DNA from: an uncultured Collinsella sp.
Lineage (GTDB): Bacteria > Actinomycetota > Coriobacteriia > Coriobacteriales > Coriobacteriaceae
Assembly (NCBI GenBank): GCA_959020715.1
Contig: CAUESV010000008.1
Location: 9,047-73,046 of the forward strand
Length of the DNA stretch: 64,000 bases
Reading direction: 5' to 3'
The notes under the pieces were generated by a model. The model was not told the DNA's origin and searched no databases. It worked only from the letters and a program-made list of their open reading frames with translations. The position numbers and the translations under genes are program-made. Below, piece after piece: positions 22,471-33,254 of this stretch; position 1 is the first letter of the stretch, and the number at the start of each line of letters is the position of its first letter.

Positions 22471-22503
22471 CTCCTTCCCGGTCTCTCCGGACCGGCTTAA
22501 AGG
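22471..22503 (-). promoter_or_regulatory. PyrR-binding RNA site overlapping the carA Shine-Dalgarno
   Basis: Minus strand CCTTTAAGCCGGTCCGGAGAGACCGGGAAGGAG resembles the PyrR site pattern CUUUAA...GUCCNGNGAGRC...AAGGA. Confidence 0.75.
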
Positions 22504-22585
22504 TTGGTAGTTAGGCCTTGCGGTATTTTAACCACAAGTATGCGCCATGGCGTTAATTTCATCGAAATGTTTACGAAATGATGAT

Positions 22586-22603
22586 TATGACTTTCTATGC
22601 ATA
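22586..22603. promoter_or_regulatory. Putative ARG box (ArgR site) upstream of carA
   Basis: TATGACTTTCTATGCATA fits TG(C/A)AT-N4-ATGCA with one mismatch. Confidence 0.5.
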
Positions 22604-22626
22604 ATGATTTTTCTGGGACGGGGATT

Positions 22627-22669
22627 AAAAATCATCCCGCGTGGGCTTGTGGCTCACGCGGGATGATGG
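22627..22669 (-). terminator. Intrinsic terminator
   Basis: ATCATCCCGCGTGGGC...GCTCACGCGGGATGAT preceded by an A-tract (U-tract on minus strand). Confidence 0.75.
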
Positions 22670-22673
22670 CGTC

Positions 22674-23633
22674 TTATTTGTCCTGCTCCAGCAGATCGGA
22701 CGGTGTGCGGTCGGGCTTGCCGCCGCGGAAGATCTCGCGGCCGTGCAGGCGATGCTCCAGGTCACGTTCGGCCTTTTCTTCCGTGATCTTGGTCTGGCTC
22801 ACCGCCGGGTCCTCAATCAGCGACGACACCGAGTTCACCTGCTTTTGGATGCGCTCGGCAATCGTGTCGTCCATGCTCACGATACGCATCTTCCAGTCGA
22901 TACTCGTAGCATTTGACGAGCTCTTGGTCCACACGAACGTCAGAATGGCGCTCTGATGGCCCCGTGCGGGAAACATGCCAAAGAAGGAATCATGCTGGAT
23001 ATTGCTGTCCTCATCGATATAGGCGTGTACGTTGTACACCACGCGGTCGATCTTATCGTTGAGCAACGCGTTGGTCGCAAGTGCCGCGGCCTGGATCTGC
23101 CCGTTGGACAGCAGCTCAAGCTCGTTGGCAGACGATGTGTCCAACACCGTCACCTCGACCGTACCCGTGCGCTCGTCCGCCTCGTCGACGCTAAAGTCGA
23201 GCGGGAACTGCGTAAAGCCGTTACCCCACTCAAGGCCGCCCTTCAGTGCCGTGGAGACGGTATCCACCGAAACGCTCTCGGACAGGTTGGCAGTGTTCAA
23301 GCGGCGCATCACGCCGTAGCCGATCTGCATGCCCACGATCAGCACCAGAATGCCAATGACCACGGCCATGGCGGTCTTCGTAATGGTATGGCTCACCTGT
23401 GAGCCCGAAGGGTCGTCCTCGGACAGCGGGTCAACCTGCTTTGTCTGGCTTGCGCGATCTTCGCTGCGAAGCTGCGCCAGCGCCGCCTTGTCGCCGCGCT
23501 TGACCGCAGCCTCTTTTTCGCGCATGCGCTCGGTGCGCTTTTTGGCAAGCGTCGGATCCAAAACGCCGGATGCGTCGATCTCGGAGAATAACTCCGTCAC
23601 TTCTTCCGGAGTCAAAGGGTTCTTCTCAGCCAT
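22674..23633 (-). CDS. Hypothetical single-pass membrane protein
   Basis: 319-aa ORF with host codon bias and one TM (AVVIGILVLIVGMQIGY); 20 bp after the ABC gene. Confidence 0.75.
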   Translation of the reverse strand: MAEKNPLTPEEVTELFSEIDASGVLDPTLAKKRTERMREKEAAVKRGDKAALAQLRSEDRASQTKQVDPLSEDDPSGSQVSHTITKTAMAVVIGILVLIVGMQIGYGVMRRLNTANLSESVSVDTVSTALKGGLEWGNGFTQFPLDFSVDEADERTGTVEVTVLDTSSANELELLSNGQIQAAALATNALLNDKIDRVVYNVHAYIDEDSNIQHDSFFGMFPARGHQSAILTFVWTKSSSNATSIDWKMRIVSMDDTIAERIQKQVNSVSSLIEDPAVSQTKITEEKAERDLEHRLHGREIFRGGKPDRTPSDLLEQDK

Positions 23634-23652
23634 ATACTTCCTGTCATATCAA

Positions 23653-25428
23653 TCAGTCGAGCTCGTGCGCGCGCGCACCTTCGAACTGCATTCGATAGTA
23701 ACGGGCATAGGTGCCGCCACGGGCGAGAAGCTGCTCGTGCGTGCCACGTTCCACAACGCGACCATGCTCGACGGTCGCAATCTCGTCGGCATGTTTAATG
23801 GTCGAGAGACGATGAGCGATGATGATCGTGGTGCGACCGCGCGCCAGGCGCTCGAGCGACTCCTGCACCGCCTCCTCGCTCTCGTTATCCAAAGCGCTCG
23901 TCGCCTCGTCCAGAATCAGGATCTTGGGGTTCTTGAGAAAAACACGCGCAATGGCTACGCGCTGCTTCTGGCCGCCCGAAAGACGGCTGCCGCGCTCGCC
24001 CACGACCGTGTCGTAGCCCTGCGGCAGCGACTCAATGAAGGCATCGATATTGGCGCGGCGGGAGGCCTCGACGACCTCTTCTGCCGTGGCGCCCGGCTTG
24101 CCGTAGGCAATGTTCTCGCCAATCGTACCGTCAAACAGGTAGACGTCCTGCTGCACCAGGCCAATGGCGCGGCGCAGACTCTGTTGCGTCACGTCGCGCA
24201 CGTCCTGCCCGTCGATGCTGATGGATCCGTCAGCCACGTCGTAAAAGCGCGGCAGCAGCGAACACGTTGTGGACTTGCCACCGCCCGAGGGGCCAACCAG
24301 GGCAATGGTCTGGCCGGGCTTGATAGACAGGTCCATGTGGTCGATCACGGGACGAGCCTCTTCGCTGCCGCCCACGCCCAACTCAACATCCTCGTAGCTA
24401 AAGCACACGTCGCGATATTCAACCGCGCCGGCCGTCACCTGCAGGTCCGCGGCATCCGGCTTATCCTGGATATCCGGGGCGGTCGAAAGCACCTCGTCCA
24501 TGCGCTTAAAGCCGGCGATGGCCTTCTGATACGTCTCAGCCGAGTTCACAAGCGTCTCGAGCGGGGTGCAGAACAGTGAAATGTAAAGCGCGAAGGTCGC
24601 CATATCGACCGCCTGCAGCTGTCCCTGGGCGACCAGCCAGCCGCCCAGCAGCACTACGATCACATAGAGCACGCCCGAGAGCAGGCCATACGCCGCAGTG
24701 TAGACGCCCATGGCGTGATACATATTCTCCTTGGACGAAAGATAGCGGTCGTTAGAGGCGCGGAACTTGGAGCGCTCAGCCTCCTCGTTCGCAAAACTCT
24801 TTACCACGCGCATGCCCGCCAGCGAATCCTGCAGCTGCGCATTGATGCCGCTGATCTTTTTGCGGTTATCGCTAAAGACCTCGCGCATGCGCATATTCTG
24901 CCAAAACATAATGACCGCGAACACCACCGTCACCACAGCCATGGCGAGCGCAAGCACCGGCGCGATGGTAAATAGGATCACAAACGAACCGATGATCTCG
25001 ATGCCGCAAATAATGATCCACTCGGGCACGTGATGCGCCGCCTCGCAGATATCGAACAGGTCGTTGACCACGCGGCTCATCATGTCGCCCGAGCTGTTGC
25101 GATCGAAATACGCAAAGCTAAAGCGCTCATACTGGTCGAACAGGTCCTCGCGCATTTTGGACTCCATACGCGCGCCCATCACGTGACCCCAATAGCTCAC
25201 AAAATAGCGGCAGGCGCAGCGGACGGCATACATCAGCACCAAGCCCACCGCAATCATGCCGAGCGCCTGCATAATGGCAGCCTGACCCTGAGTAAACAGC
25301 CCACCGGTCAAATTGCGCAGAATAATGGGGAACGCCAGGTCAATGGCGGCAAGCACCAGAGCACAAACAGTATCAGCAACAAAAAGCCCCATCTGGGGCT
25401 CGTAATAAGACAGAAAACGCTTCAGCAT
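23653..25428 (-). CDS. ABC transporter, fused permease/ATP-binding (exporter type)
   Basis: N-terminal TM helices; GPSGGGKST, LSGGQKQR, ILDEATSALD, IAHRLSTI. Confidence 0.93.
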   Translation of the reverse strand: MLKRFLSYYEPQMGLFVADTVCALVLAAIDLAFPIILRNLTGGLFTQGQAAIMQALGMIAVGLVLMYAVRCACRYFVSYWGHVMGARMESKMREDLFDQYERFSFAYFDRNSSGDMMSRVVNDLFDICEAAHHVPEWIIICGIEIIGSFVILFTIAPVLALAMAVVTVVFAVIMFWQNMRMREVFSDNRKKISGINAQLQDSLAGMRVVKSFANEEAERSKFRASNDRYLSSKENMYHAMGVYTAAYGLLSGVLYVIVVLLGGWLVAQGQLQAVDMATFALYISLFCTPLETLVNSAETYQKAIAGFKRMDEVLSTAPDIQDKPDAADLQVTAGAVEYRDVCFSYEDVELGVGGSEEARPVIDHMDLSIKPGQTIALVGPSGGGKSTTCSLLPRFYDVADGSISIDGQDVRDVTQQSLRRAIGLVQQDVYLFDGTIGENIAYGKPGATAEEVVEASRRANIDAFIESLPQGYDTVVGERGSRLSGGQKQRVAIARVFLKNPKILILDEATSALDNESEEAVQESLERLARGRTTIIIAHRLSTIKHADEIATVEHGRVVERGTHEQLLARGGTYARYYRMQFEGARAHELD

Positions 25429-25510
25429 GTGATCCTCAAAGAAATGTCAGCAACGTAAGGCCCTGGGACAAAACAATCAGTAATATTTGTCCCAGGGCTA
25501 TCCCCACTCG

Positions 25511-26215
25511 TTAAAGCTCCGCGCCCCCAAGGCGGTGCGCGATGCTATCGCAGGCCAAGGCGCCTACAACGGTCTTGGCGTCTTCGATCTTGCCGTCGAG
25601 CACGGCGTCAATCAGCTCGTGCAGCGGCACCAGGTCCACGTTGACAAACTCGTCATCATCGGGGTTGGGCGCATCAAACTCGAGCATGGTAGCCAAGTAG
25701 ATGTGAATGATCTCATCGCAAAAACCGCAGGACGTGACAATCGACGTCAAAAAGCGAATGCGGCCAGCCCTAAAGCCCGTCTCCTCATGCAGCTCGCGCT
25801 TGGCACAATCGAGCGGGTCCTCGCCTGGATCGAGCTTGCCGGCGGGAATCTCGACCGTCACGCGGTCGATGGCGGTGCGGTACTGACGCACCAGTACGAT
25901 CTTGCCGCTCTCGGTCAGTGCCACAACGGCCGCCGCGCCCGGATGGCGAACGATATCGCGGGCGCTGCGGCGACCGTTGGGCAGCTCAACCTCAAGACGG
26001 TTGACGTCGAGGATCTTGCCCTTCCAGGCGCACTCCTCCGAAAGAATCTTCTCGTGCAGCTCGGCATCGTGCGGGTCGTCGTCACCCAGCACCAGCGCCG
26101 GCTCGTCAGCGACCTCGCCACCAGGCTCGCCCTCGGCGTGCCCATACATGCGGCTGTCCTCTTCGACGATCTGCGCGTCCACGAGCTCTTCGTTCTTCTC
26201 GTCCATCCGTCTCAT
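25511..26215 (-). CDS. NUDIX hydrolase (ADP-ribose pyrophosphatase, NudF-like)
   Basis: HPGAA, QYR, EIPAGKLD.GE....AKRELHEETG, D.DEF, DAKT. Confidence 0.9.
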   Translation of the reverse strand: MRRMDEKNEELVDAQIVEEDSRMYGHAEGEPGGEVADEPALVLGDDDPHDAELHEKILSEECAWKGKILDVNRLEVELPNGRRSARDIVRHPGAAAVVALTESGKIVLVRQYRTAIDRVTVEIPAGKLDPGEDPLDCAKRELHEETGFRAGRIRFLTSIVTSCGFCDEIIHIYLATMLEFDAPNPDDDEFVNVDLVPLHELIDAVLDGKIEDAKTVVGALACDSIAHRLGGAEL

Positions 26216-26227
26216 TCCTCTCGGATT

Positions 26228-27532
26228 TTAGGCATCCCAGGCGTCGCGGCCACGCAGCGCGCGCAGGCCGATGTCGTGACGCAGGGTCTTGCCCTCAAAA
26301 TCAATCTTCTCGCAGGCATCGTAAGCAAGGTTGCGAGCGTTCTCAAACGTGTCGCCCAGCGCGGTCACGGCAAGCACGCGGCCACCGTTGGTCACGAGCT
26401 GACCATCCACCACGGCGGTGCCGGCATGGTACACGGTCACGTTCTCCATGGCCTCGGCGTCGGCGATGCCGGTGATGACTTTGCCCTTCTCATAGCTGCC
26501 GGGGTAGCCCGCGCTCGTCAGGACAACGGCCACGGCCCACTCGTCACGCCAATCGAGCTCAATCTGGTCGAGCTCGCAGTTAGCGCAGGCAAGCATGACC
26601 TCGACTAGGTCATTCTTAAGGCGCGGCAGCACGACCTGAGTCTCGGGATCACCAAAGCGGGCATTGAACTCCAGTACCTTGGGACCGGCAGGCGTGAGCA
26701 TAAAGCCACCGTACAGGCAGCCGCGGTAATCGATACCCTCGGCAGCGAGCTCGGCCACGGTCTGCTCCATGACCTTCACCATGGTGGCGTGCTCCTCGTC
26801 AGTCACGATGGGCACCGGGCTGTAGACGCCCATGCCGCCGGTGTTGGGGCCCTTGTCGCCCTCGAGCGCGCGCTTGTGGTCCTGCGAGGTAGCCATGGGG
26901 CGCACGGTCTTGCCGTCGGTAAAGGCAAGCAGCGAGCACTCGGGACCGGTCAGCATCTCCTCGATGACCACGGTATTGCCGGCATCGCCAAAGGTGCCGC
27001 CAAAGCACTCGCGCACGGCCTCCTCGGCCTGCTCAAGTTCGGTCGCCACGATAACGCCCTTGCCCGCGGCAAGGCCGTCGGCCTTGACGACCAGCGGGGC
27101 GCCCTGCTCGTGCACGTAGGCGAGAGCCGAAGCCTCGTCGGTAAACGAGCCGTAGGCTGCCGTCGGGATACCGGCGCGCTCCATGAGCTGCTTGGAGAAC
27201 AGCTTGGAGCCCTCCATCTGGGCGCCCTCGGCACCCGGGCCAAAGCAGGGAATGCCCGCCGCGCGGACGGCATCGGCAACGCCCGCCACGAGCGGAGCCT
27301 CGGGGCCAATCACGACGAGTCCGCATCCATGGCTCTGGGCAAACGCCGCCACGGCCACAGGATCGCAATCGTCGAGAACCACGTTCTCGCCGCAGCTCGC
27401 GGTGCCGCCGTTACCCGGCGCGATGTAGAGCTTGCCGGCGCGCGGTGATGCTGCGAGCTTGGCTGCCAAAGCATGCTCACGGCCGCCGCTGCCCAACAAC
27501 AGGATGTCGATGGTTTGAGTGTCCGCCTTCAA
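26228..27532 (-). CDS. purD: Phosphoribosylamine-glycine ligase
   Basis: [47 protein letters not shown] start after GAGGAGG. Confidence 0.96.
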   Translation of the reverse strand: MKADTQTIDILLLGSGGREHALAAKLAASPRAGKLYIAPGNGGTASCGENVVLDDCDPVAVAAFAQSHGCGLVVIGPEAPLVAGVADAVRAAGIPCFGPGAEGAQMEGSKLFSKQLMERAGIPTAAYGSFTDEASALAYVHEQGAPLVVKADGLAAGKGVIVATELEQAEEAVRECFGGTFGDAGNTVVIEEMLTGPECSLLAFTDGKTVRPMATSQDHKRALEGDKGPNTGGMGVYSPVPIVTDEEHATMVKVMEQTVAELAAEGIDYRGCLYGGFMLTPAGPKVLEFNARFGDPETQVVLPRLKNDLVEVMLACANCELDQIELDWRDEWAVAVVLTSAGYPGSYEKGKVITGIADAEAMENVTVYHAGTAVVDGQLVTNGGRVLAVTALGDTFENARNLAYDACEKIDFEGKTLRHDIGLRALRGRDAWDA

Positions 27533-27649
27533 GGGTGCCTCCTCTATGGATGAATGGCCCGCTCCGCGCGAGCCCTTTGCAAGCAAATATACCCCTCGGC
27601 CGCCCGTCTGGGCTGCAAAGGGGTATATCGCAATAACCGTATAAACCGA

Positions 27650-28945
<1,296 letters not shown>

Positions 28946-29029
28946 TTACATTCATGGACTGTCTACGTGCCACGCCGGCACGCAGAAGCACAAAACATTC
29001 CCAGTATACCCGTGCAACGGGCGCCTGTC

Positions 29030-30421
29030 CTACTCCTCGGTATGCGCCCCATCAAGCTCATAGAACTTGGTGGATGCCGGCAGGAACATCAGGTCGACGT
29101 CACCGATCGGGCCCGAACGGTTCTTGGCCACGACGATACGCGTAACGCCCTCGTCGGGTCGATCGTCACGCGAGGCCTCGGCCTCATCGGCGGAGCGGTC
29201 CAAGAACATAACAATGTCAGCGTCCTGCTCGATGGAGCCCGATTCACGCAGGTCGGACAGCTGCGGGCGCTTGCCGGTGCGGGATTCGACCTGACGCGAC
29301 AGCTGCGATAGCGCGATCAGCGGAATCTTGAGCTCCTTGGCCATGATCTTTAAACCACGCGACATCTCGGAAACCTCGACGGTACGGCTCTCGGAACGAC
29401 GCCCCGGCGGAGGACTCACCAGCTGCAGGTAGTCCAGGATAATGATGGCCTTCTCCTTGTTGTGGAGCATGCGGCGGCTCTTGGCGCGGATCTCGGTCAC
29501 CGTGGTGCCGGGCGTATCGTCAATCAGAATATCGAGCTTGGACAAGGTCTGCGTGGCCTCGTTGATATTGGCCCACTGCTCGGGGCTAATGCGGCCCGTA
29601 CGGAAGTCACTGATTGAAATCATGGCGTAGGCGCAAATCAGGCGCTGCGCGATTTCCTTGCCCGACATCTCCAGAGAGAAGAAGCCGACGGTATAACCAG
29701 CGGCGGCAGCGTTGAGCGCCAGATTCAGGGCGAACGACGTCTTACCTACAGCAGGACGGGCGCCGATAATGATGAGCTGACCCTCGCGAAAACCCATGAG
29801 CATGCGGTCGAGCGACGGGAAGCCCGTGGGCACGCCCGCAGCCTGGCCACCGGCCTGGCACACTTCCTCAGCCTCGTTATAGGCCTCGACCATAAACTCG
29901 GTCAACGTCTTGTAGCTCGACTTGACCTCGCGCGCCGTGACCTTGAGCAGCTTGCTCTCGGCCAGCTCCACGACCTCCTTGGTGTCGGTAGGGGCGTTAT
30001 AGGCCAGCGCGTTGATCTCGTTGGTGGCACCAATCAGCTCGCGCAGCATCGAGTCGCGACGGACGATGGCGGCATGGTGCTGCCAGTTCACGAGCGACAG
30101 GGTCTGACCCATCAGCTCCAAAATGTAGGCCTCGCCGCCCACGGCATCGAGCTTGTTGATGCTGCGCAGGTAATCGATCAGTGAGATGGAGTCGATGGGA
30201 ATGCGGCTGTTGTACATATCGACCATCGCGGTGTAGATGGTCTTATGAATGGGCCGGTAGAAGTCATCGGGCTGCAGCTCGACCTGGGCCTCTTCGACCA
30301 CCTCGGGCGAGAGCAGCATAGCAGCCAGTACGTTGGCCTCTGCATCTTGGTTTTGGGGGAGACCCAGCTTGGAACCACGGTCCTCGACCGTCAGCCCCGT
30401 CTCCCTATCGTCATATGCCAT
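29030..30421 (-). CDS. dnaB: Replicative DNA helicase
   Basis: ARPAVGKT, FSLEMS, DYLQL, LSQLSR, SDLRESGSIEQDAD, KNR.GP. Confidence 0.97.
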   Translation of the reverse strand: MAYDDRETGLTVEDRGSKLGLPQNQDAEANVLAAMLLSPEVVEEAQVELQPDDFYRPIHKTIYTAMVDMYNSRIPIDSISLIDYLRSINKLDAVGGEAYILELMGQTLSLVNWQHHAAIVRRDSMLRELIGATNEINALAYNAPTDTKEVVELAESKLLKVTAREVKSSYKTLTEFMVEAYNEAEEVCQAGGQAAGVPTGFPSLDRMLMGFREGQLIIIGARPAVGKTSFALNLALNAAAAGYTVGFFSLEMSGKEIAQRLICAYAMISISDFRTGRISPEQWANINEATQTLSKLDILIDDTPGTTVTEIRAKSRRMLHNKEKAIIILDYLQLVSPPPGRRSESRTVEVSEMSRGLKIMAKELKIPLIALSQLSRQVESRTGKRPQLSDLRESGSIEQDADIVMFLDRSADEAEASRDDRPDEGVTRIVVAKNRSGPIGDVDLMFLPASTKFYELDGAHTEE

Positions 30422-30645
30422 GAGCATCCTCATTCATATCGCTTGCGAGCATCCATAGTATCAGCCGCGGCTATAAATCGAGCCGCGCCTTGGCAATCAT
30501 CACCGAACCAAACGGATGAACGGTCCCATACACGGGACCGCATCTCAATGACTGCCACGACACTCACCCAGCGCAAAAAATAAAAGGACGCCCTGGTCTC
30601 CCAGAGCGCCCTTCTTAGAACAAGATTGTTGCGTTGCAGCAAATG

Positions 30646-31185
30646 CTACTCGGCAGCAGCCTCGGTCTCGACCTCGGCGGTCTCGGCCTCGGCGACCTCA
30701 GCGGTCTCCTCAACCTCAGCCTCGGCAGCGAGCTCCTCGGCGGTAACGCCGACGAGAACGACAACCTCGGCCTTGATCTCGCGGTACAGCGAGATAGCGA
30801 CGGTGTGGGCACCGGCAACCTTGATGGGCTTACCGAGCTCGACGCGCTTGCGGTCGATGTCCATACCGAGCTGATCCTTGATGGCGTCAGCGATCATAGC
30901 GGCGGTAACGGAGCCAAAGAGGATGCCCTCGTCGCCAACCTTGACGTCAACGGTGACCTGCTTGCCCTCGAAGGCAGCCTTGGTCTCGTTGGCGGTAGCC
31001 AGACGGACGGCCTCGCGCTTGGCGATGTTGTTGCGACGCTCGTCAAGCTGCTTGAGGTTGCCCTTGGTGGCGGCAACAGCGAGCTTCTTGGGGAACAGGA
31101 AGTTCTCAGCGTAACCCTGAGCGACCTCTACGACGTCACCCTCGCCGCCCTTGCCCTTGATCTCATCGAGAAGAATAACCTTCAT
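30646..31185 (-). CDS. rplI: 50S ribosomal protein L9 (acidic C-terminal tail)
   Basis: MKVILL, G..GDVVEV..GYA.NFL.P, LFGSV. Confidence 0.96.
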   Translation of the reverse strand: MKVILLDEIKGKGGEGDVVEVAQGYAENFLFPKKLAVAATKGNLKQLDERRNNIAKREAVRLATANETKAAFEGKQVTVDVKVGDEGILFGSVTAAMIADAIKDQLGMDIDRKRVELGKPIKVAGAHTVAISLYREIKAEVVVLVGVTAEELAAEAEVEETAEVAEAETAEVETEAAAE

Positions 31186-31200
31186 GATGCGTCTCCCTTC

Positions 31201-31467
31201 TTAGCCGCGGTCGCGGTTGCCACGAGAGGAAACCACGGGGACGGTGTACGGCAGGAGAGCCATCTCGCGGGCTCGCTTGATGGCGTTGGCGATGTCATGC
31301 TGATGCTGCGTGCAAGCGCCAGTGACGCGACGGGGCTTGATCTTGCCACGGTCGGTCATGTACTTACGGAGAAGCTGAGTGTCCTTATAGTCGATGAACT
31401 CAGTGTTCTCCTTGCAGAACTGGCAGTACTTACGACGCGGCTGACGTGCAGAATAATCATTAGCCAT
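31201..31467 (-). CDS. rpsR: 30S ribosomal protein S18
   Basis: KYCQFC, IDYKD..LL, GKI.PRRVTG, IKRAR.MALLPY. Confidence 0.96.
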   Translation of the reverse strand: MANDYSARQPRRKYCQFCKENTEFIDYKDTQLLRKYMTDRGKIKPRRVTGACTQHQHDIANAIKRAREMALLPYTVPVVSSRGNRDRG

Positions 31468-31539
31468 GTCAAAATACCTTTCATTTGGCAACTTCGGCGA
31501 GCCGAAGCCGCCTCTCACTCAAAAATAGGTGAACAACCC

Positions 31540-31992
31540 TTAGAACGGGATGTCCTCATCGTAGACGTCGACCGCGGGCGGCGTAGCCACCGGTGCGGCA
31601 GGACGTGCTGCGGGCGCGGGAGCTGCGGGGGCGTAACCGCCCTGATCGTAGCCACCCTGGCCACCGCGGGAGCTCATAAACTCGATCTCATCGACGATGA
31701 CCTCAAGCTTGCTCCTGCGCTGACCGTCGCGCTCCCAAGAGCTGTAGCGCAGCTTGCCCTCGATCGCGACCTTGTTTCCCTTTGCCAGGAAACGGCTCAC
31801 GGCCTCGGCGCGGGTGCCGAACATAGTGCAGTCGACAAAGTTGGGATAGTCCTCCCACTCGCCAGTCTGCGCGTTGCGGCGACGATCGTTCACGGCGACG
31901 CCAAAGGACAGAACCTGGGTTCCGCCGGCGGTGGCGCGCAGCTCGGGATCGCGGGTGAGGTTACCGGTGATGTTCACTCGATTGATGCTCAT
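31540..31992 (-). CDS. ssb: Single-stranded DNA-binding protein
   Basis: N.V...GNLTRDPELR, C-terminal DEDIPF. Confidence 0.97.
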   Translation of the reverse strand: MSINRVNITGNLTRDPELRATAGGTQVLSFGVAVNDRRRNAQTGEWEDYPNFVDCTMFGTRAEAVSRFLAKGNKVAIEGKLRYSSWERDGQRRSKLEVIVDEIEFMSSRGGQGGYDQGGYAPAAPAPAARPAAPVATPPAVDVYDEDIPF

Positions 31993-32040
31993 AACTCACT
32001 ACTTCCTCTTGGGGCACAAGCCCAGTCCAAAACGACAGTC

Positions 32041-32334
32041 TTACTCCTGGTCGTCGCGACGGACGATCATGTGGCGGACCACAGCGTCGGTGATGCGCAG
32101 GACGCGATCAAGCTCGGCGATCTGGGTAGGATCTGCGTGGAAGTTGATGAGGGTGTAGTCACCATCGGTGAGGTCGTTGATCTCGTAGGCGAGCTTGCGC
32201 TTGCCCCACTCGTCAACGGAGTCGACCTTGCCAGCGCCCTCAGCGATCGTGGTATCGATACGCTTCATAACAGCGAGACGAGTCTCGGGGTCGAGCGACG
32301 GGTCAACAAAGAACAGCAGTTCATAAGCCTTCAT
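32041..32334 (-). CDS. rpsF: 30S ribosomal protein S6
   Basis: MKAYE, WGKRKLAYEI, ELDR.LRI.D.V.RH. Confidence 0.96.
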   Translation of the reverse strand: MKAYELLFFVDPSLDPETRLAVMKRIDTTIAEGAGKVDSVDEWGKRKLAYEINDLTDGDYTLINFHADPTQIAELDRVLRITDAVVRHMIVRRDDQE

Positions 32335-32341
32335 ATTGTCA

Positions 32342-32397
32342 CCTCCTCTGGGCAAATGTGGCTTCAGGTCGTGAAGGTGCGCCTGAAGCAGGAAAAG
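32342..32397 (-). promoter_or_regulatory. rpsF leader (S6:S18 autoregulatory RNA)
   Basis: Minus strand UUCCU-GCUUCAGG...CCUGAAGC-CACAUUUG-CCCA-GAGGAGG: hairpin, CC internal loop, anti-SD pairing. Confidence 0.65.
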
Positions 32398-32796
32398 ACT
32401 TGGTAATAATATCTTTCAACCTCCCAGGCTGCAAGAATATGCAGCTACAACCTCATGACCTCCACATATACCCATGCTTACACGGCACTTCTCGCGTATT
32501 CCAACCAAATGCTGACCAAGAGCTTGACGAATTCGATAGCAAGATACGCTGCGGCGAGGACAACCTGAGTCAAACCGCAGGTCGCCGATTGCAGGGTTGT
32601 GGTCACGAAATGCATACCACCGGTTCGATCGATTGCCTCAAAATTTTTAAATTCGCTGCCACGTCATTGGTGAATACCTATTTTGAACAGATCATCGAGC
32701 GGGATCTGGCTGGTCAGGATGCTTTTTTAGTACTTATCCGGCACATGCCGGATACGAGCGCGGAGCGAGCGGTTTAAAAAATGCCAAGTTTTCTGT

Positions 32797-32824
32797 TTGC
32801 ACTTTTCGATTCCTCGTGTATACT
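32797..32824 (+). promoter_or_regulatory. Sigma70-type promoter for the tRNA-Ser pair
   Basis: TTGCAC-N16-TATACT with AT-rich upstream tract. Confidence 0.6.
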
Positions 32825-32840
32825 GACTTTCGCATTTAAC

Positions 32841-32931
32841 GGAGAGTTGTCCGAGTGGCCGAAGGAGCACGATTGGAAATCGTGTAGGCGTCAAAAGCGT
32901 CTCCAGGGTTCAAATCCCTGACTCTCCGCCA
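32841..32931 (+). tRNA. tRNA-Ser(GGA)
   Basis: GGAGAGTTGTCCGAGTGG...CACGA-TT-GGA-AA-TCGTG, long variable arm, GGTTCAAATCC, ends GCCA. Confidence 0.96.
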
Positions 32932-32979
32932 GTTAATTCCAAAGCAGGCCTTAGTGCCTGCTTTGTTTTTACCCCGCGC

Positions 32980-33070
32980 GGAGGGGTGGCAGAGTGGTTG
33001 AATGCGGCGGTCTCGAAAACCGTTTGGCCTGTATAAGGTCACGAGGGTTCGAATCCCTCCTCCTCCGCCA
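32980..33070 (+). tRNA. tRNA-Ser(CGA)
   Basis: GGAGGGGTGGCAGAGTGG...GCGGT-CT-CGA-AA-ACCGT, long variable arm, GGTTCGAATCC, ends GCCA. Confidence 0.96.
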
Positions 33071-33081
33071 TTAGATGGTAT

Positions 33082-33111
33082 AAGCCCCAGCAATGGGGCT
33101 TTTTTCTTTTT
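33082..33111 (+). terminator. Intrinsic terminator after tRNA-Ser
   Basis: AAGCCCCA-GCAA-TGGGGCTT followed by T-tract. Confidence 0.85.
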
Positions 33112-33163
33112 GGGCACATTTCAATAACGCGCAGGAGGAGGGATTCAAAACCCGCCCTTCCCT

Positions 33164-33244
33164 CAAAAACATGTACGTCACCCTCCAAAACCGACATTTT
33201 TCGACATCTTTGAAGGCTGACGTACACGTTTGGATTGAGCTCAC
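33164..33244. repeat. Left ~80-bp self-palindromic repeat flanking the nuclease-like gene
   Basis: CAAAAACATGTACGTCACCCTCCAAAACCGACATTTTTCGACATCTTTGAAGGCTGACGTACACGTTTGGATTGAGCTCAC. Confidence 0.85.
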
Positions 33245-33254
33245 GGGAGTGGCA

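Noticed and set aside
32358..32777. 139-aa plus-strand ORF between rpsF and tRNA-Ser
   Set aside because: Overlaps the rpsF leader, lacks an RBS, host codon bias or recognisable motif; a decayed remnant cannot be excluded.
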